Part shown: positions 19,807-28,458 of the stretch, piece by piece
Position numbering within the stretch: the stretch's first letter is position 1
Layout: each line of letters opens with the position of its first letter
Source of the DNA: an uncultured Lachnospiraceae bacterium
Lineage (GTDB): Bacteria > Bacillota > Clostridia > Lachnospirales > Lachnospiraceae
Direction of reading: 5' to 3'
Length of the DNA: 64,000 bases
NCBI GenBank assembly: GCA_947630005.1
Contig: CANRGB010000001.1
Location: 5,119-69,118 of the forward strand
Notes under the pieces: model-generated
The model's database searches: none
The model's input: the letters and a program-made list of their open reading frames with translations, nothing else
What the model was told of the DNA's origin: nothing
Made by a program: the position numbers and the translations under genes

Positions 19807-20328
19807 TCAGGCTTTCTTCGGCTCCGGATATTCCACGCCGAACGTCTCCGCCGTGATCGATCTGATCTTCTGCTCCGCCAGAGGCTTGTCGCGGAAATCC
19901 GTGCGCGTCTCGGCGATTTTGTTTACGACGTCCATGCCTTCCGTCACCTTTCCGAACGCCGCGTACTGGCCGTCAAGGTGCGGAGCCGCTTTGTGCATGA
20001 TAAAGAACTGACTGCCGGCGGAATCGGGAGCCATTGCGCGCGCCATCGAGAGCACGCCCGCGTCATGCTTCAGCGGATTCGCGAAGCCGTTGTACGCGAA
20101 CTCTCCGGGAATGCAGTATCCCGGACCGCCCGTGCCGGTTCCCTGCGGACATCCGCCCTGGATCATAAATCCGCGGATGACTCTGTGAAAGATCAGCCCG
20201 TTGTAAAAGCCTTTGCCGACGAGGCTCAGGAAATTATTGACGGTGTTCGGAGCGATTTCCGGATAGAGCTCCGCTTTGATGATATCGCCGTTTTCCATAG
20301 TTATTGTGATGATCGGATTCTGTGCCAT
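19807..20328 (-). CDS. ppiB: Cyclophilin-type peptidyl-prolyl isomerase
   Basis: [39 protein letters not shown]. Confidence 0.93.
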   Translation of the reverse strand: MAQNPIITITMENGDIIKAELYPEIAPNTVNNFLSLVGKGFYNGLIFHRVIRGFMIQGGCPQGTGTGGPGYCIPGEFAYNGFANPLKHDAGVLSMARAMAPDSAGSQFFIMHKAAPHLDGQYAAFGKVTEGMDVVNKIAETRTDFRDKPLAEQKIRSITAETFGVEYPEPKKA

Positions 20329-20407
20329 TTTTTCCTCCTTATCGCTTACCTGTTTTCCACCTGATTATAGCCTGTTTGCGGGGGGAATGCAAGTTTCTTT
20401 CCCTTTT

Positions 20408-22309
20408 TTACGCTCTCCACCCGCTGTGATATTTGTTTTTCAGCGTTCCGTTCGTCAGCTTTCCCCATCCGAGCGGATAGCCGTCCGCGCAGACCAGCTG
20501 CCATCCCCCGGCGCGGGCAGGCGTTTTGTCGTCCGTTTCAATCGTCTCGCCTTTCAGGTAACGATACACCCTCCTGTCATCCGAAGAGAACGCGATCACA
20601 GAAGCGTACTCATCTCCCCGCAGCGCCATCGCGAATGACTGCGACGGCTCAAACCGGTCTTTGCGGATCTCTCCCATATAGAGTCCGTTCCGCAGAAACG
20701 GGATTCCCTGCACCTCGGGCAGTTCTTCCGGCACAAGGTAAACCTGTCCGCTCCGCACTTCGATCCGCTTCTCCGGGAAATCTCCCCTGACGTCCCGCAG
20801 AAATTCCCGCAGGATCTCCCGGTCTGTCCCGGAAAGCACATTCTTTCCAGAAGTGCCGTTCCCGCGCGCTTTGCCAGACTGCTTCCGGCCGTTTTTGTCT
20901 CTGGCGTTTCTGCTGTCTTTACTGTTTCTGCTGTCTCTGCTGTTCCTGCTACTGTCTTTACTATATTTGCTGTCCCTGTTCTCCCCACTTCCACTTTTCC
21001 GGACCCTGTCCGCTTGCCCGGTCCTATCCTTTCTGTCCCCGGCACGACAGTTTTCGCTCCCTCGATCTCCTTCGTGCCTTCCGCTGTCATCCGGCCTGTC
21101 TTTGCCGGACTCGTTTCCGCAGACAATAGAATCCCCGAAAGAGACAGCCCGCGCCGCCTGCTCAGATACAGTCCCGGAAAAACTTCCCCCCGCCCGCTCC
21201 CGTTTCCTGAATAAAGCGAGGAAATGCCCCTCCCCGCGCATTCTGTGCGGAAAGATGCGCACACATTTTTCCAGCTGCGCAAGAATCCCGCCGTCTTCCC
21301 GAACATTTTCTTCCTTCCCAAAAAGCGGACTGCCGTCACTGGTTCTGTCACTGACAGCGCTTCCGGCGCTTTCTGCCTCCGCCTGGCCGCCAGGACCGGT
21401 CTTTGCCAGGTCACTCTGCCAGGATTCCCTTCCCAGCTCCGGCCTGCCGTGCGAAAATCCCTCATACCACGGAATATCACAGAGCTCCATCTCCGGAAAT
21501 TCCCGCAGAAGATACGCGGCCGCCTGTTCGTCCTCCTCAGGAGCGAACGTACAGGTGGAGTACAGCAGCATTCCCCCCGGCCGCAGCATGGAAACGGCCG
21601 AGCGGAGAATCCCCTTCTGAATCCTCGCGCACTCCTGCACTTTCTCCGGGCTCCATGCCCTCGCGTTCGCCGCGTCCTTCCGGAACATCCCTTCCCCGGA
21701 ACAGGGCGCGTCCACAAGGATCTTGTCGAAAAACAGCGGGAACTGCTCCGCCAGCTTCGGAGGCGCCGCATTTGTCACAAACGCATTCATGACACCGAAC
21801 ATTTCCAGGTTTTTCAGCAGCGCCTTCGCGCGGGAAGCGCTGATATCGTTTGCCACCAGAAGCCCCCTGCCTTTCAGCTTTTCCGCAAGCGCGGTCGCCT
21901 TGCCGCCCGGGGCCGCGCAGAGATCCAGCACACGCTCCCCCGGTTCCACGGGAAGAACGCCTGCAGGCGTCATCGCGCTCGGTTCCTGCAGATAATACAG
22001 CCCCGCATAATAAAACGGATGGCGGGACGGCTCCGTCAGAATGTCTTCTTCTTTCAGAAACGCCGCGCGCCCGCCGTCCGTCCCGCCGCCGGATCCAGCC
22101 GCGCGCTTCTCATACCAGTAGCCGCCCGGGATCCACGGCAGCCGTCTGACCGGAAACGGAGCGATCCGTTCAAATTCTTCCGCGCTGATCTTCAGTGTGT
22201 TCACCCGAAGGCCAAAGCAGCGCGGGGCCCCGTACGTTTCAAGAAATGTCTCGTATTCCTCTCCCAGCAGCAGTTTCATCCGCTCCAGAAATTCCTGCGG
22301 CAGCTTCAT
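20408..22309 (-). CDS. RsmF/NOL1/NOP2-family RNA m5C methyltransferase with low-complexity insertions
   Basis: YLQEPSAM, LDLCAAPGGK, VDAPCSGEGMFRK, YSTCTF, LKNKY. Confidence 0.93.
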   Translation of the reverse strand: MKLPQEFLERMKLLLGEEYETFLETYGAPRCFGLRVNTLKISAEEFERIAPFPVRRLPWIPGGYWYEKRAAGSGGGTDGGRAAFLKEEDILTEPSRHPFYYAGLYYLQEPSAMTPAGVLPVEPGERVLDLCAAPGGKATALAEKLKGRGLLVANDISASRAKALLKNLEMFGVMNAFVTNAAPPKLAEQFPLFFDKILVDAPCSGEGMFRKDAANARAWSPEKVQECARIQKGILRSAVSMLRPGGMLLYSTCTFAPEEDEQAAAYLLREFPEMELCDIPWYEGFSHGRPELGRESWQSDLAKTGPGGQAEAESAGSAVSDRTSDGSPLFGKEENVREDGGILAQLEKCVRIFPHRMRGEGHFLALFRKRERAGGSFSGTVSEQAARAVSFGDSIVCGNESGKDRPDDSGRHEGDRGSENCRAGDRKDRTGQADRVRKSGSGENRDSKYSKDSSRNSRDSRNSKDSRNARDKNGRKQSGKARGNGTSGKNVLSGTDREILREFLRDVRGDFPEKRIEVRSGQVYLVPEELPEVQGIPFLRNGLYMGEIRKDRFEPSQSFAMALRGDEYASVIAFSSDDRRVYRYLKGETIETDDKTPARAGGWQLVCADGYPLGWGKLTNGTLKNKYHSGWRA

Positions 22310-22389
22310 ACATCCGCCTCCTGTTATAAATGGGGCCGTCCGATACCTTTTGAGACAGCCCCATATTCCCGTCATATTGTCCGCGGTTT

Positions 22390-22893
22390 TTATTCCCGCC
22401 ATGTCGTCCGCGTCAGTTCCCCCGCCAGCTTCATCCCCGGAAATCCGTTCTGGCGCAGCGCCTCATAGAGCACCACAGCCACAGAGTTTGCCAGGTTCAG
22501 AGAGCGCGTTTCCCCGATCATCGGAATCCTCACCGCCGTATCCGGATAATTGCACAGGATTTCCTCAGGAATCCCGCCGCTCTCCTTGCCGAACATCAGG
22601 AAACAGTCCGGCTCGTACCTCACTTCCGTGTACAGCCTGTGCGCTTTCGTGGAAGCCATATAGATTTTCGCGCCCGGATTCCTCTCAAGAAATTCCTCAT
22701 AATCCAGGTAGCGCGACACATCAATCTGATGCCAGTAATCCATCCCCGCGCGCTTGAGCGCCTTCTCCGACAAGCTGAACCCCAGCGGCTCGATCAGATG
22801 GAGCTTCGCTCCGGCGGCCGCGCAGGTCCGTCCGATATTTCCCGTATTCGAGGGGATCTCCGGCTCAAACAGCACAATATTCAGTCCTGACAT
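22390..22893 (-). CDS. trmL: tRNA (cytidine/uridine34-2'-O)-methyltransferase
   Basis: PEIPSNTGNIGR, LKRAGMDYW, FGKESGG, RSLNLAN. Confidence 0.95.
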   Translation of the reverse strand: MSGLNIVLFEPEIPSNTGNIGRTCAAAGAKLHLIEPLGFSLSEKALKRAGMDYWHQIDVSRYLDYEEFLERNPGAKIYMASTKAHRLYTEVRYEPDCFLMFGKESGGIPEEILCNYPDTAVRIPMIGETRSLNLANSVAVVLYEALRQNGFPGMKLAGELTRTTWRE

Positions 22894-22965
22894 ATCTCCC
22901 AACATCTTTCTCAAAAGTCTGTGTTTTCTGCCCGGTCCGGCGCTTCGCCTCCCGAAGCTGCCGGC

Positions 22966-24144
22966 TCAGCGGCCCTGCTCCGCCTTCAGTTTCTTAATAA
23001 AACGGTCGATCCGCGCAAGCGCCGCCTTCAGGGCCTCGATCGAATAGGCGTAGGAGATCCGCAGAAATCCTTCTCCGCAGGCGCCGAACGCCGTGCCCGG
23101 CACAACGGCGACATGCTCCTCCTCGAGCAGGCGCATCGCGAACTCATCCGAGGTCAGGCCAAACTCGGCGATGCTCGGAAATACATAGAACGCGCCGAAC
23201 GGCTCAAAACATTTCAGTCCCATTTCCTTAAACGCGTGCATCAGGAACCGTCTTCTCTGATCATACGACTCCCGCATCATCTGCACGTCCTCGTCTCCAT
23301 TGCGCATAGCCTCGACCGCCGCGTACTGGCTCGTCGTGGGCGCGCACATAATCGCAAACTGATGAATCTTCGTCATCTGCTCCACGATCTTCTGCGGGCC
23401 GCAGATATAACCGAGCCTCCATCCGGTCATCGCGTACGCTTTTGAAAAACCGTTGATCGTCAGCGTACGCTCCCACATGCCGGGCAGGCTCGCGATTGAG
23501 ACATGCTCCGCGTCCCCGTAGGTCAGCTCCGAATAGATTTCATCCGAAATCACATACAGATCATGTTCGATCACAACTTCAGCGATCTCCTCCAGATCTT
23601 TGCGGCGCATGACGGCGCCGGTCGGATTGTTCGGAAACGGCAGCACCAGTATCTTGGTCTTATCGGTGATCTTCTCAAGCAGCTCTTCTCTTGTCAGGCG
23701 GAACTCGTTTTCCTCCTTGAGCTGGATTGTCACCGGCACGCCGTCCGCGAGAACGACGCACGGCAGATAGGAAACGTAGCACGGCTCCGGGATCAGAACC
23801 TCGTCGCCCGGATTCAGCATCGCGCGCAGGGCGATATCGATCCCCTCGCTTCCGCCGACGGTCACAAGCGTCTCTTTCATCGGATCATATTCTATATTGC
23901 ATCTGCGCTTCAGGTATCTGGTAATCTCGACCCGAAGCTCCTTCAGTCCGGAATTTGAGGTGTAAAACGTCCGTCCCTTTTCAAGGGAATAGATGCCCTC
24001 GTCCCTCACATGCCACGGCGTGTCAAAATCCGGCTCACCCACACCGAGCGAGATCACGTCGTCCATCTCATTCGCGATATCAAAAAATTTGCGGATGCCG
24101 GAGGGCTCAATCGATAAAACTTTCTCTGACAGTGGATTTCTCAC
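22966..24144 (-). CDS. Class I/II PLP aminotransferase (YugH/AlaT-like)
   Basis: LGVGEPDF, PNNPTG, SDEIY, GFSKAYAMTGWRLG; coupled to the Lrp gene. Confidence 0.92.
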   Translation of the reverse strand: MRNPLSEKVLSIEPSGIRKFFDIANEMDDVISLGVGEPDFDTPWHVRDEGIYSLEKGRTFYTSNSGLKELRVEITRYLKRRCNIEYDPMKETLVTVGGSEGIDIALRAMLNPGDEVLIPEPCYVSYLPCVVLADGVPVTIQLKEENEFRLTREELLEKITDKTKILVLPFPNNPTGAVMRRKDLEEIAEVVIEHDLYVISDEIYSELTYGDAEHVSIASLPGMWERTLTINGFSKAYAMTGWRLGYICGPQKIVEQMTKIHQFAIMCAPTTSQYAAVEAMRNGDEDVQMMRESYDQRRRFLMHAFKEMGLKCFEPFGAFYVFPSIAEFGLTSDEFAMRLLEEEHVAVVPGTAFGACGEGFLRISYAYSIEALKAALARIDRFIKKLKAEQGR

Positions 24145-24623
24145 GGTGTCATCAGCATCCTTTCATCCTTATTTTTCTTTCCGAGGATCGTGCCGTAATC
24201 CTTGTATTTTTTCAGCACAAAGTAGGTCGCCGTGCTCAGGACCGCGTCAAGCGTAGCCAGCTTGTCGCTGACGAAATTCGACACCTCGCGCAGTGTCTTC
24301 CCCTGCAGAATGACCAGAAGATCATACGCGCCGGCGATCAGATAGACGGACTGAACCTCCGGATAATTGTAGATCCGCTCGGCGACAGAGTCATATCCCT
24401 GCCCGCGCTGCGGAGCGACACGCACTTCGATCAGCGCCGTCGTCTTCTCCGAGGAAGTCTTCTCCCAGTCGATCAGCGTGTGATACCCGCAGATGACCTG
24501 CTCCTTCTCCATATCCGCCACTTCATTGGCGATAATCTCCTCCGACGTGCCCAGCAGCACCGCCAGCTCGCCGAGATCTATTTTGCTGTTTTTTTCCAGA
24601 AACGTTAAAATCTGCTCTCTCAT
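24141..24623 (-). CDS. Lrp/AsnC-family regulator (YugG-like)
   Basis: N-terminal HTH, VYLIAGAYDL, STATYFVLKKYK. Confidence 0.9.
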   Translation of the reverse strand: MREQILTFLEKNSKIDLGELAVLLGTSEEIIANEVADMEKEQVICGYHTLIDWEKTSSEKTTALIEVRVAPQRGQGYDSVAERIYNYPEVQSVYLIAGAYDLLVILQGKTLREVSNFVSDKLATLDAVLSTATYFVLKKYKDYGTILGKKNKDERMLMTP

Positions 24624-24651
24624 AATTTCCTCCATAATATCCGCGGCATAT

Positions 24652-25857
24652 CTATGATAACAGACGCCGCGGCGGTTTTGTTCCGTCCGCCTGCCGGCAC
24701 GGAATCTTTCTTTTATACCATGCGTCCTGCGGCGCGCGGTCCAGACAGCGCTTTTCCTCTCCGTTCAGGATAAACCGCCCGCTGCCGGCCGTCACCCTTC
24801 CGATCACCGCCGCCGGCACCAGGCAGTCCGCCAGATGCCGCGCCAGAGCCTCTCCGTGCTCCGTCCCCACAAGCAGGGATCCGGCAGAATACAGTTCGTA
24901 CGGATTTACATCAAAATATTCACAAATTTCTATCGTCTCCTGTTTTACAGGTATTTTTCTGAGATCCACTTCGAGTCCGACACCGGCCCGCTCCGCCATT
25001 TCGCGAAGCCCTCCGAATATCCCGCCCTGCGACAGATCGTGCACGGCGGCCTGCCCGAAGTGGTTAACGGCCCGGGCATCCTTCGCCACCGACATCAGTT
25101 TTTCGAACTCCTTCGCCCGGTCAATCAGCCGATACGGATACCGGCCTTTCAGTTCCTCCTCATAGTTCAGCGCAAGAGCCGCCGTTCCTCCCAGGGCGAT
25201 CCATTTCGTCACCACAAGTTCGTCTCCCGGCCTCAGCAGACGTCTGACGCCGCGGAAACTTTCCGCCGGCCTGCCGTCTCCGGACCGTCTCTTATCTGCC
25301 TCGGAAGTTCCGGTCAGTTCCCCCGTCCGGTCCATTCCGGAAATCCCCAACAAGTCTTTCGCTCGGCACGTTCCGGAAACCCCGGGCGTCTCTTCCGCCC
25401 GGCCCGCGGCCTCCGCCGTCCCGATTCCGGTCACTGTATAGACGGCCTCCTGCACCGCATCCGAGACCTGCGTATGTCCGCCGAGGATCTTCATCCCCTG
25501 CTTCGCGGCCTCCGCGGCGATCTCATCCATATCGCTTCGCAGATCGTCCTCCTCATACCGGCAGGGAAGCACCGCCTGCAACATCAGCGCGGCCGGAACG
25601 GCTCCTCCCGCGTACAGATTGTTCGCGGCCGCCAGCACCAGCCTGCCCGGATGGCGCTCAAACCCCGGAACGGCGCAGACCGACGTGTAGGCCGTCGTCA
25701 TCCCGGACGCGTCAGGCGAATGCGATTCCCCCCGCCCCGGGTCAAAAAAAGCGCAGTCTTCCCCGTAAAACTCTCTGCCGAGCGCAGCGCGGTCCGCGTG
25801 GAACCTGCCAAGAACAGACCGCCGCAGAGCGGTCTCGGGAATCTTCCCTGTACGCAT
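24652..25857 (-). CDS. AIR-synthase-related (PurM/HypE-like) protein
   Basis: GEDCA, NNL, ILGGHT, HDLSQGG, SAGSLL. Confidence 0.82.
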   Translation of the reverse strand: MRTGKIPETALRRSVLGRFHADRAALGREFYGEDCAFFDPGRGESHSPDASGMTTAYTSVCAVPGFERHPGRLVLAAANNLYAGGAVPAALMLQAVLPCRYEEDDLRSDMDEIAAEAAKQGMKILGGHTQVSDAVQEAVYTVTGIGTAEAAGRAEETPGVSGTCRAKDLLGISGMDRTGELTGTSEADKRRSGDGRPAESFRGVRRLLRPGDELVVTKWIALGGTAALALNYEEELKGRYPYRLIDRAKEFEKLMSVAKDARAVNHFGQAAVHDLSQGGIFGGLREMAERAGVGLEVDLRKIPVKQETIEICEYFDVNPYELYSAGSLLVGTEHGEALARHLADCLVPAAVIGRVTAGSGRFILNGEEKRCLDRAPQDAWYKRKIPCRQADGTKPPRRLLS

Positions 25858-25934
25858 ACTGCTGTCCCTCCGGTTTTCCTGTTATTCAGTCCTCTTTTGG
25901 TCCCGGCCGTCTCTCCGACTCCGCGCGGAACGGT

Positions 25935-27521
25935 TCAGGCAGCCGGAACCGACTCCGCCGGAGCGTCCGTCTGCGGCGCCTGTGTCTGCGGCGCGTCCGT
26001 CTGCGGTGCGTCTGTCTGTACCTGCACCGGAGCGTCCGTCTGCGGCTGAGCCGGAGCCTGGGTCTGCGGCTGGACCGGAGCCTGCGTCTGAGGCTGCGGA
26101 GGAGACGCGAGAAGCGCCTGCACCTGCTGCAGATTATTCTCCGCAACCGCGCTGTTCAGAGCCGACGCGAGAAGCGCGTTCGACGTGCTCACGCCCACTT
26201 CATAAATGGCCGGACTCGCCTCATAATAGCTTGAATTGACCTGAACGGTATCCGTCAGATTGCCGTCGATATAAATCTTCTTCCACAGGACGGCCGAAAG
26301 CCCTTCATGCGGCGTCTGCGTCTGCGCCACATAGCCGGCGCTTTGATCCGACCGGGCGACCAGCCGGATATTCGAAGACGGATCCGTGCGGCCCGTCACC
26401 TCGCTGACAAACTCAAGCGTGCGGTTCGCCGGGCGCGTCTCCTTGCCGTAAACCGAAAAAGTCAGCGTCCCGTAGTAAGCGGATCCCGCTATATAGATCG
26501 GCGAATCAAGATTATTCGTAAATACAAGATCCATCAGCCCTTCCGCGATCGCGGCGTCCTTCGACGGATCGACATACGAGACGGTCATCGTGTGGTTTGA
26601 TCTCTCATCGATCTCGATCTCCGCTTTCAGAAGCGCGTTGTACAGCGTCGTGGAAACCTGGCACATGCCTCCGCCGTACGTATCGACCACCTGTCCGCTC
26701 TCATAAGACGGGGCCGGCTCGTAGCCGTTCTCCGCGGTGAACGGAGTGACCGCCGCCGTGACCGAAAATCCCTCTCCCGGCATCAGAAGCGTGCCGTCGA
26801 TCTTGGATACTCCCGTCTCGATATTCTGCGCACGCGCGGATGAGGAAGAGGAATAATCCGTAGTCGCCGTTCCGAGAACATGATTCATATCGCTCAGCGT
26901 CTCGGCGGTCAGCACCGGGGAAGTCCTCGTCACCTCCACCGGCACAACGATATTCTCCATTTTCCATTCGGTTATATACTCGTTCAGCGTCCCAATCGTC
27001 GCGTCCTCCTTCAGGGTGAGCCCGTCCGTGCCGCCCTCCACATAAAGCATGCCGTCGTCCCCCATATGAACCGTACCTTCAACCGGTTCGGAATTGAACG
27101 CGCTGCACAGCTGAACGAATTTCCGCTCCGATTCCTCGTCAACCGCGTATTTTATATCATAATGAACATTCTGATTCTGGAGATCCTTCTTTTCTTTATA
27201 GCGCTGCATGACATTGCCGGAAGTTCCTATCCTGCTGATCTTTTCGATCAGATCCGTATTCTCCCAGGTAAGTCCCAGCTGGCCAAGTGTCGCGGAAACC
27301 TGGTCGTCCCCCATCTGGAGCGTGACCAGCGCGCTTGAGAGCTGGCTGACCTGCTCGCGCACCATCTTTTCCGCCTCCTCCGGCGTTTTTCCTCCTACAT
27401 CCATATCTCCGATAAAGACTCCGTCGCTGATAACCCCGCTCTCCCCCGCAAAGGCTGTCGCTGCGCGGAGAACAGAGAAAGTGAGAACACAGAGCAGTCC
27501 CCTCATCCATCTGATCCGCAT
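25935..27521 (-). CDS. VanW-family (YoaR-like) secreted protein with C-terminal Gln/Pro/Thr repeats
   Basis: Signal peptide; R..NI, GGGMCQVSTTLYNA, ERSNH...YV...DAAI, DLVFTN; QTDAP repeats. Confidence 0.9.
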   Translation of the reverse strand: MRIRWMRGLLCVLTFSVLRAATAFAGESGVISDGVFIGDMDVGGKTPEEAEKMVREQVSQLSSALVTLQMGDDQVSATLGQLGLTWENTDLIEKISRIGTSGNVMQRYKEKKDLQNQNVHYDIKYAVDEESERKFVQLCSAFNSEPVEGTVHMGDDGMLYVEGGTDGLTLKEDATIGTLNEYITEWKMENIVVPVEVTRTSPVLTAETLSDMNHVLGTATTDYSSSSSARAQNIETGVSKIDGTLLMPGEGFSVTAAVTPFTAENGYEPAPSYESGQVVDTYGGGMCQVSTTLYNALLKAEIEIDERSNHTMTVSYVDPSKDAAIAEGLMDLVFTNNLDSPIYIAGSAYYGTLTFSVYGKETRPANRTLEFVSEVTGRTDPSSNIRLVARSDQSAGYVAQTQTPHEGLSAVLWKKIYIDGNLTDTVQVNSSYYEASPAIYEVGVSTSNALLASALNSAVAENNLQQVQALLASPPQPQTQAPVQPQTQAPAQPQTDAPVQVQTDAPQTDAPQTQAPQTDAPAESVPAA

Positions 27522-27606
27522 AATATCCCCTGTCCTTTTGTACTGAAATCCCGGTCCATGGCCTCCATCTCCGCGCCGGAAACGTCGGCGGCCCGGGCCC
27601 GTAAAG

Positions 27607-27714
27607 TTAGTTTATAAAAGCCGACGCAAACAGCCCCAGCACCATGGCCGCCACGATAACGATCACGATCACCGCCGCGATCTGCTGCTTTTTCTTACTG
27701 TTGAAATTCATCAT
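27607..27714 (-). CDS. 35-aa single-TM microprotein (not in the ORF track)
   Basis: MMNFNSKKKQQIAAVIVIVIVAAMVLGLFASAFIN; purine-rich RBS, starts 6 nt after the exonuclease stop. Confidence 0.75.
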   Translation of the reverse strand: MMNFNSKKKQQIAAVIVIVIVAAMVLGLFASAFIN

Positions 27715-27719
27715 GTCCT

Positions 27720-28433
27720 TCACCTCTTAAGTTTTCCATACTGCGAAATAATACGGTCAATCATACGGGACGCTTCATTCTTTGTCAGCGTCTCAATTTT
27801 TACGTTGCTTTCTATTCTATGATATTTTATCAGATCCCGCAAGTAAACTTTTTGCGAATTTGTGATCGGACTGATTCTGCGCACCCGGCACGTCATCGGC
27901 TCCGGCTCAAACAGTTCCGGATACCGTTCCCCGAAGTCCTCCCTCAGTCTCTCGCAGATCCGCGCCGCCGTCAGCGCGTCGTCAAGCGCCCGATGATGCT
28001 GCTCCTGCGGTATCCCGAGATACGCGGAGACCTGGTCGAGCGATTTTTTCTCCAGCCCCGGCAGGCAGGTCCTCGCCATCTTCAGCGTATCCAGGCCGTT
28101 TCTCTCATAGGGAAGACCCAGCCGCGCCGCCGTGTGCTTCATAAAGCCGTAATCAAACGGAAGATTATGTCCGAGCAGCGCGTAATCCCCCGAAAAATCA
28201 AGAAATCCCCTGACCGCTTCCTCCGTGCAGGGGCTCCCCTCAACCATCTCGTCCGTGATCCCGGTCAGCTGCGTGATGAGCTGAGGAATCGGAATTTCAC
28301 ATCTGACGAATGTCTCATAGGAAGCTGTCATTTCACCCGCCTCAATCCGAAGCGCACCGATCTCGAGAATCCGGTCGTTCTCCGGGGACAGACCCGTCGT
28401 CTCAAGATCGAGCGCCACATAAGTATCCGTCAT
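27720..28433 (-). CDS. DEDDh 3'-5' exonuclease (DnaQ/PolC-exo-like)
   Basis: ALDLETTG, GHNLPFD, DTL, HRALDDA. Confidence 0.92.
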   Translation of the reverse strand: MTDTYVALDLETTGLSPENDRILEIGALRIEAGEMTASYETFVRCEIPIPQLITQLTGITDEMVEGSPCTEEAVRGFLDFSGDYALLGHNLPFDYGFMKHTAARLGLPYERNGLDTLKMARTCLPGLEKKSLDQVSAYLGIPQEQHHRALDDALTAARICERLREDFGERYPELFEPEPMTCRVRRISPITNSQKVYLRDLIKYHRIESNVKIETLTKNEASRMIDRIISQYGKLKR

Positions 28434-28458
28434 TTTATCTTCTCCTTTATCCTGCCGC

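Noticed and set aside
25935-27521. Vancomycin resistance locus
   Set aside because: VanW-domain proteins are common housekeeping proteins in Firmicutes, and no vanHAX or vanRS genes are present.
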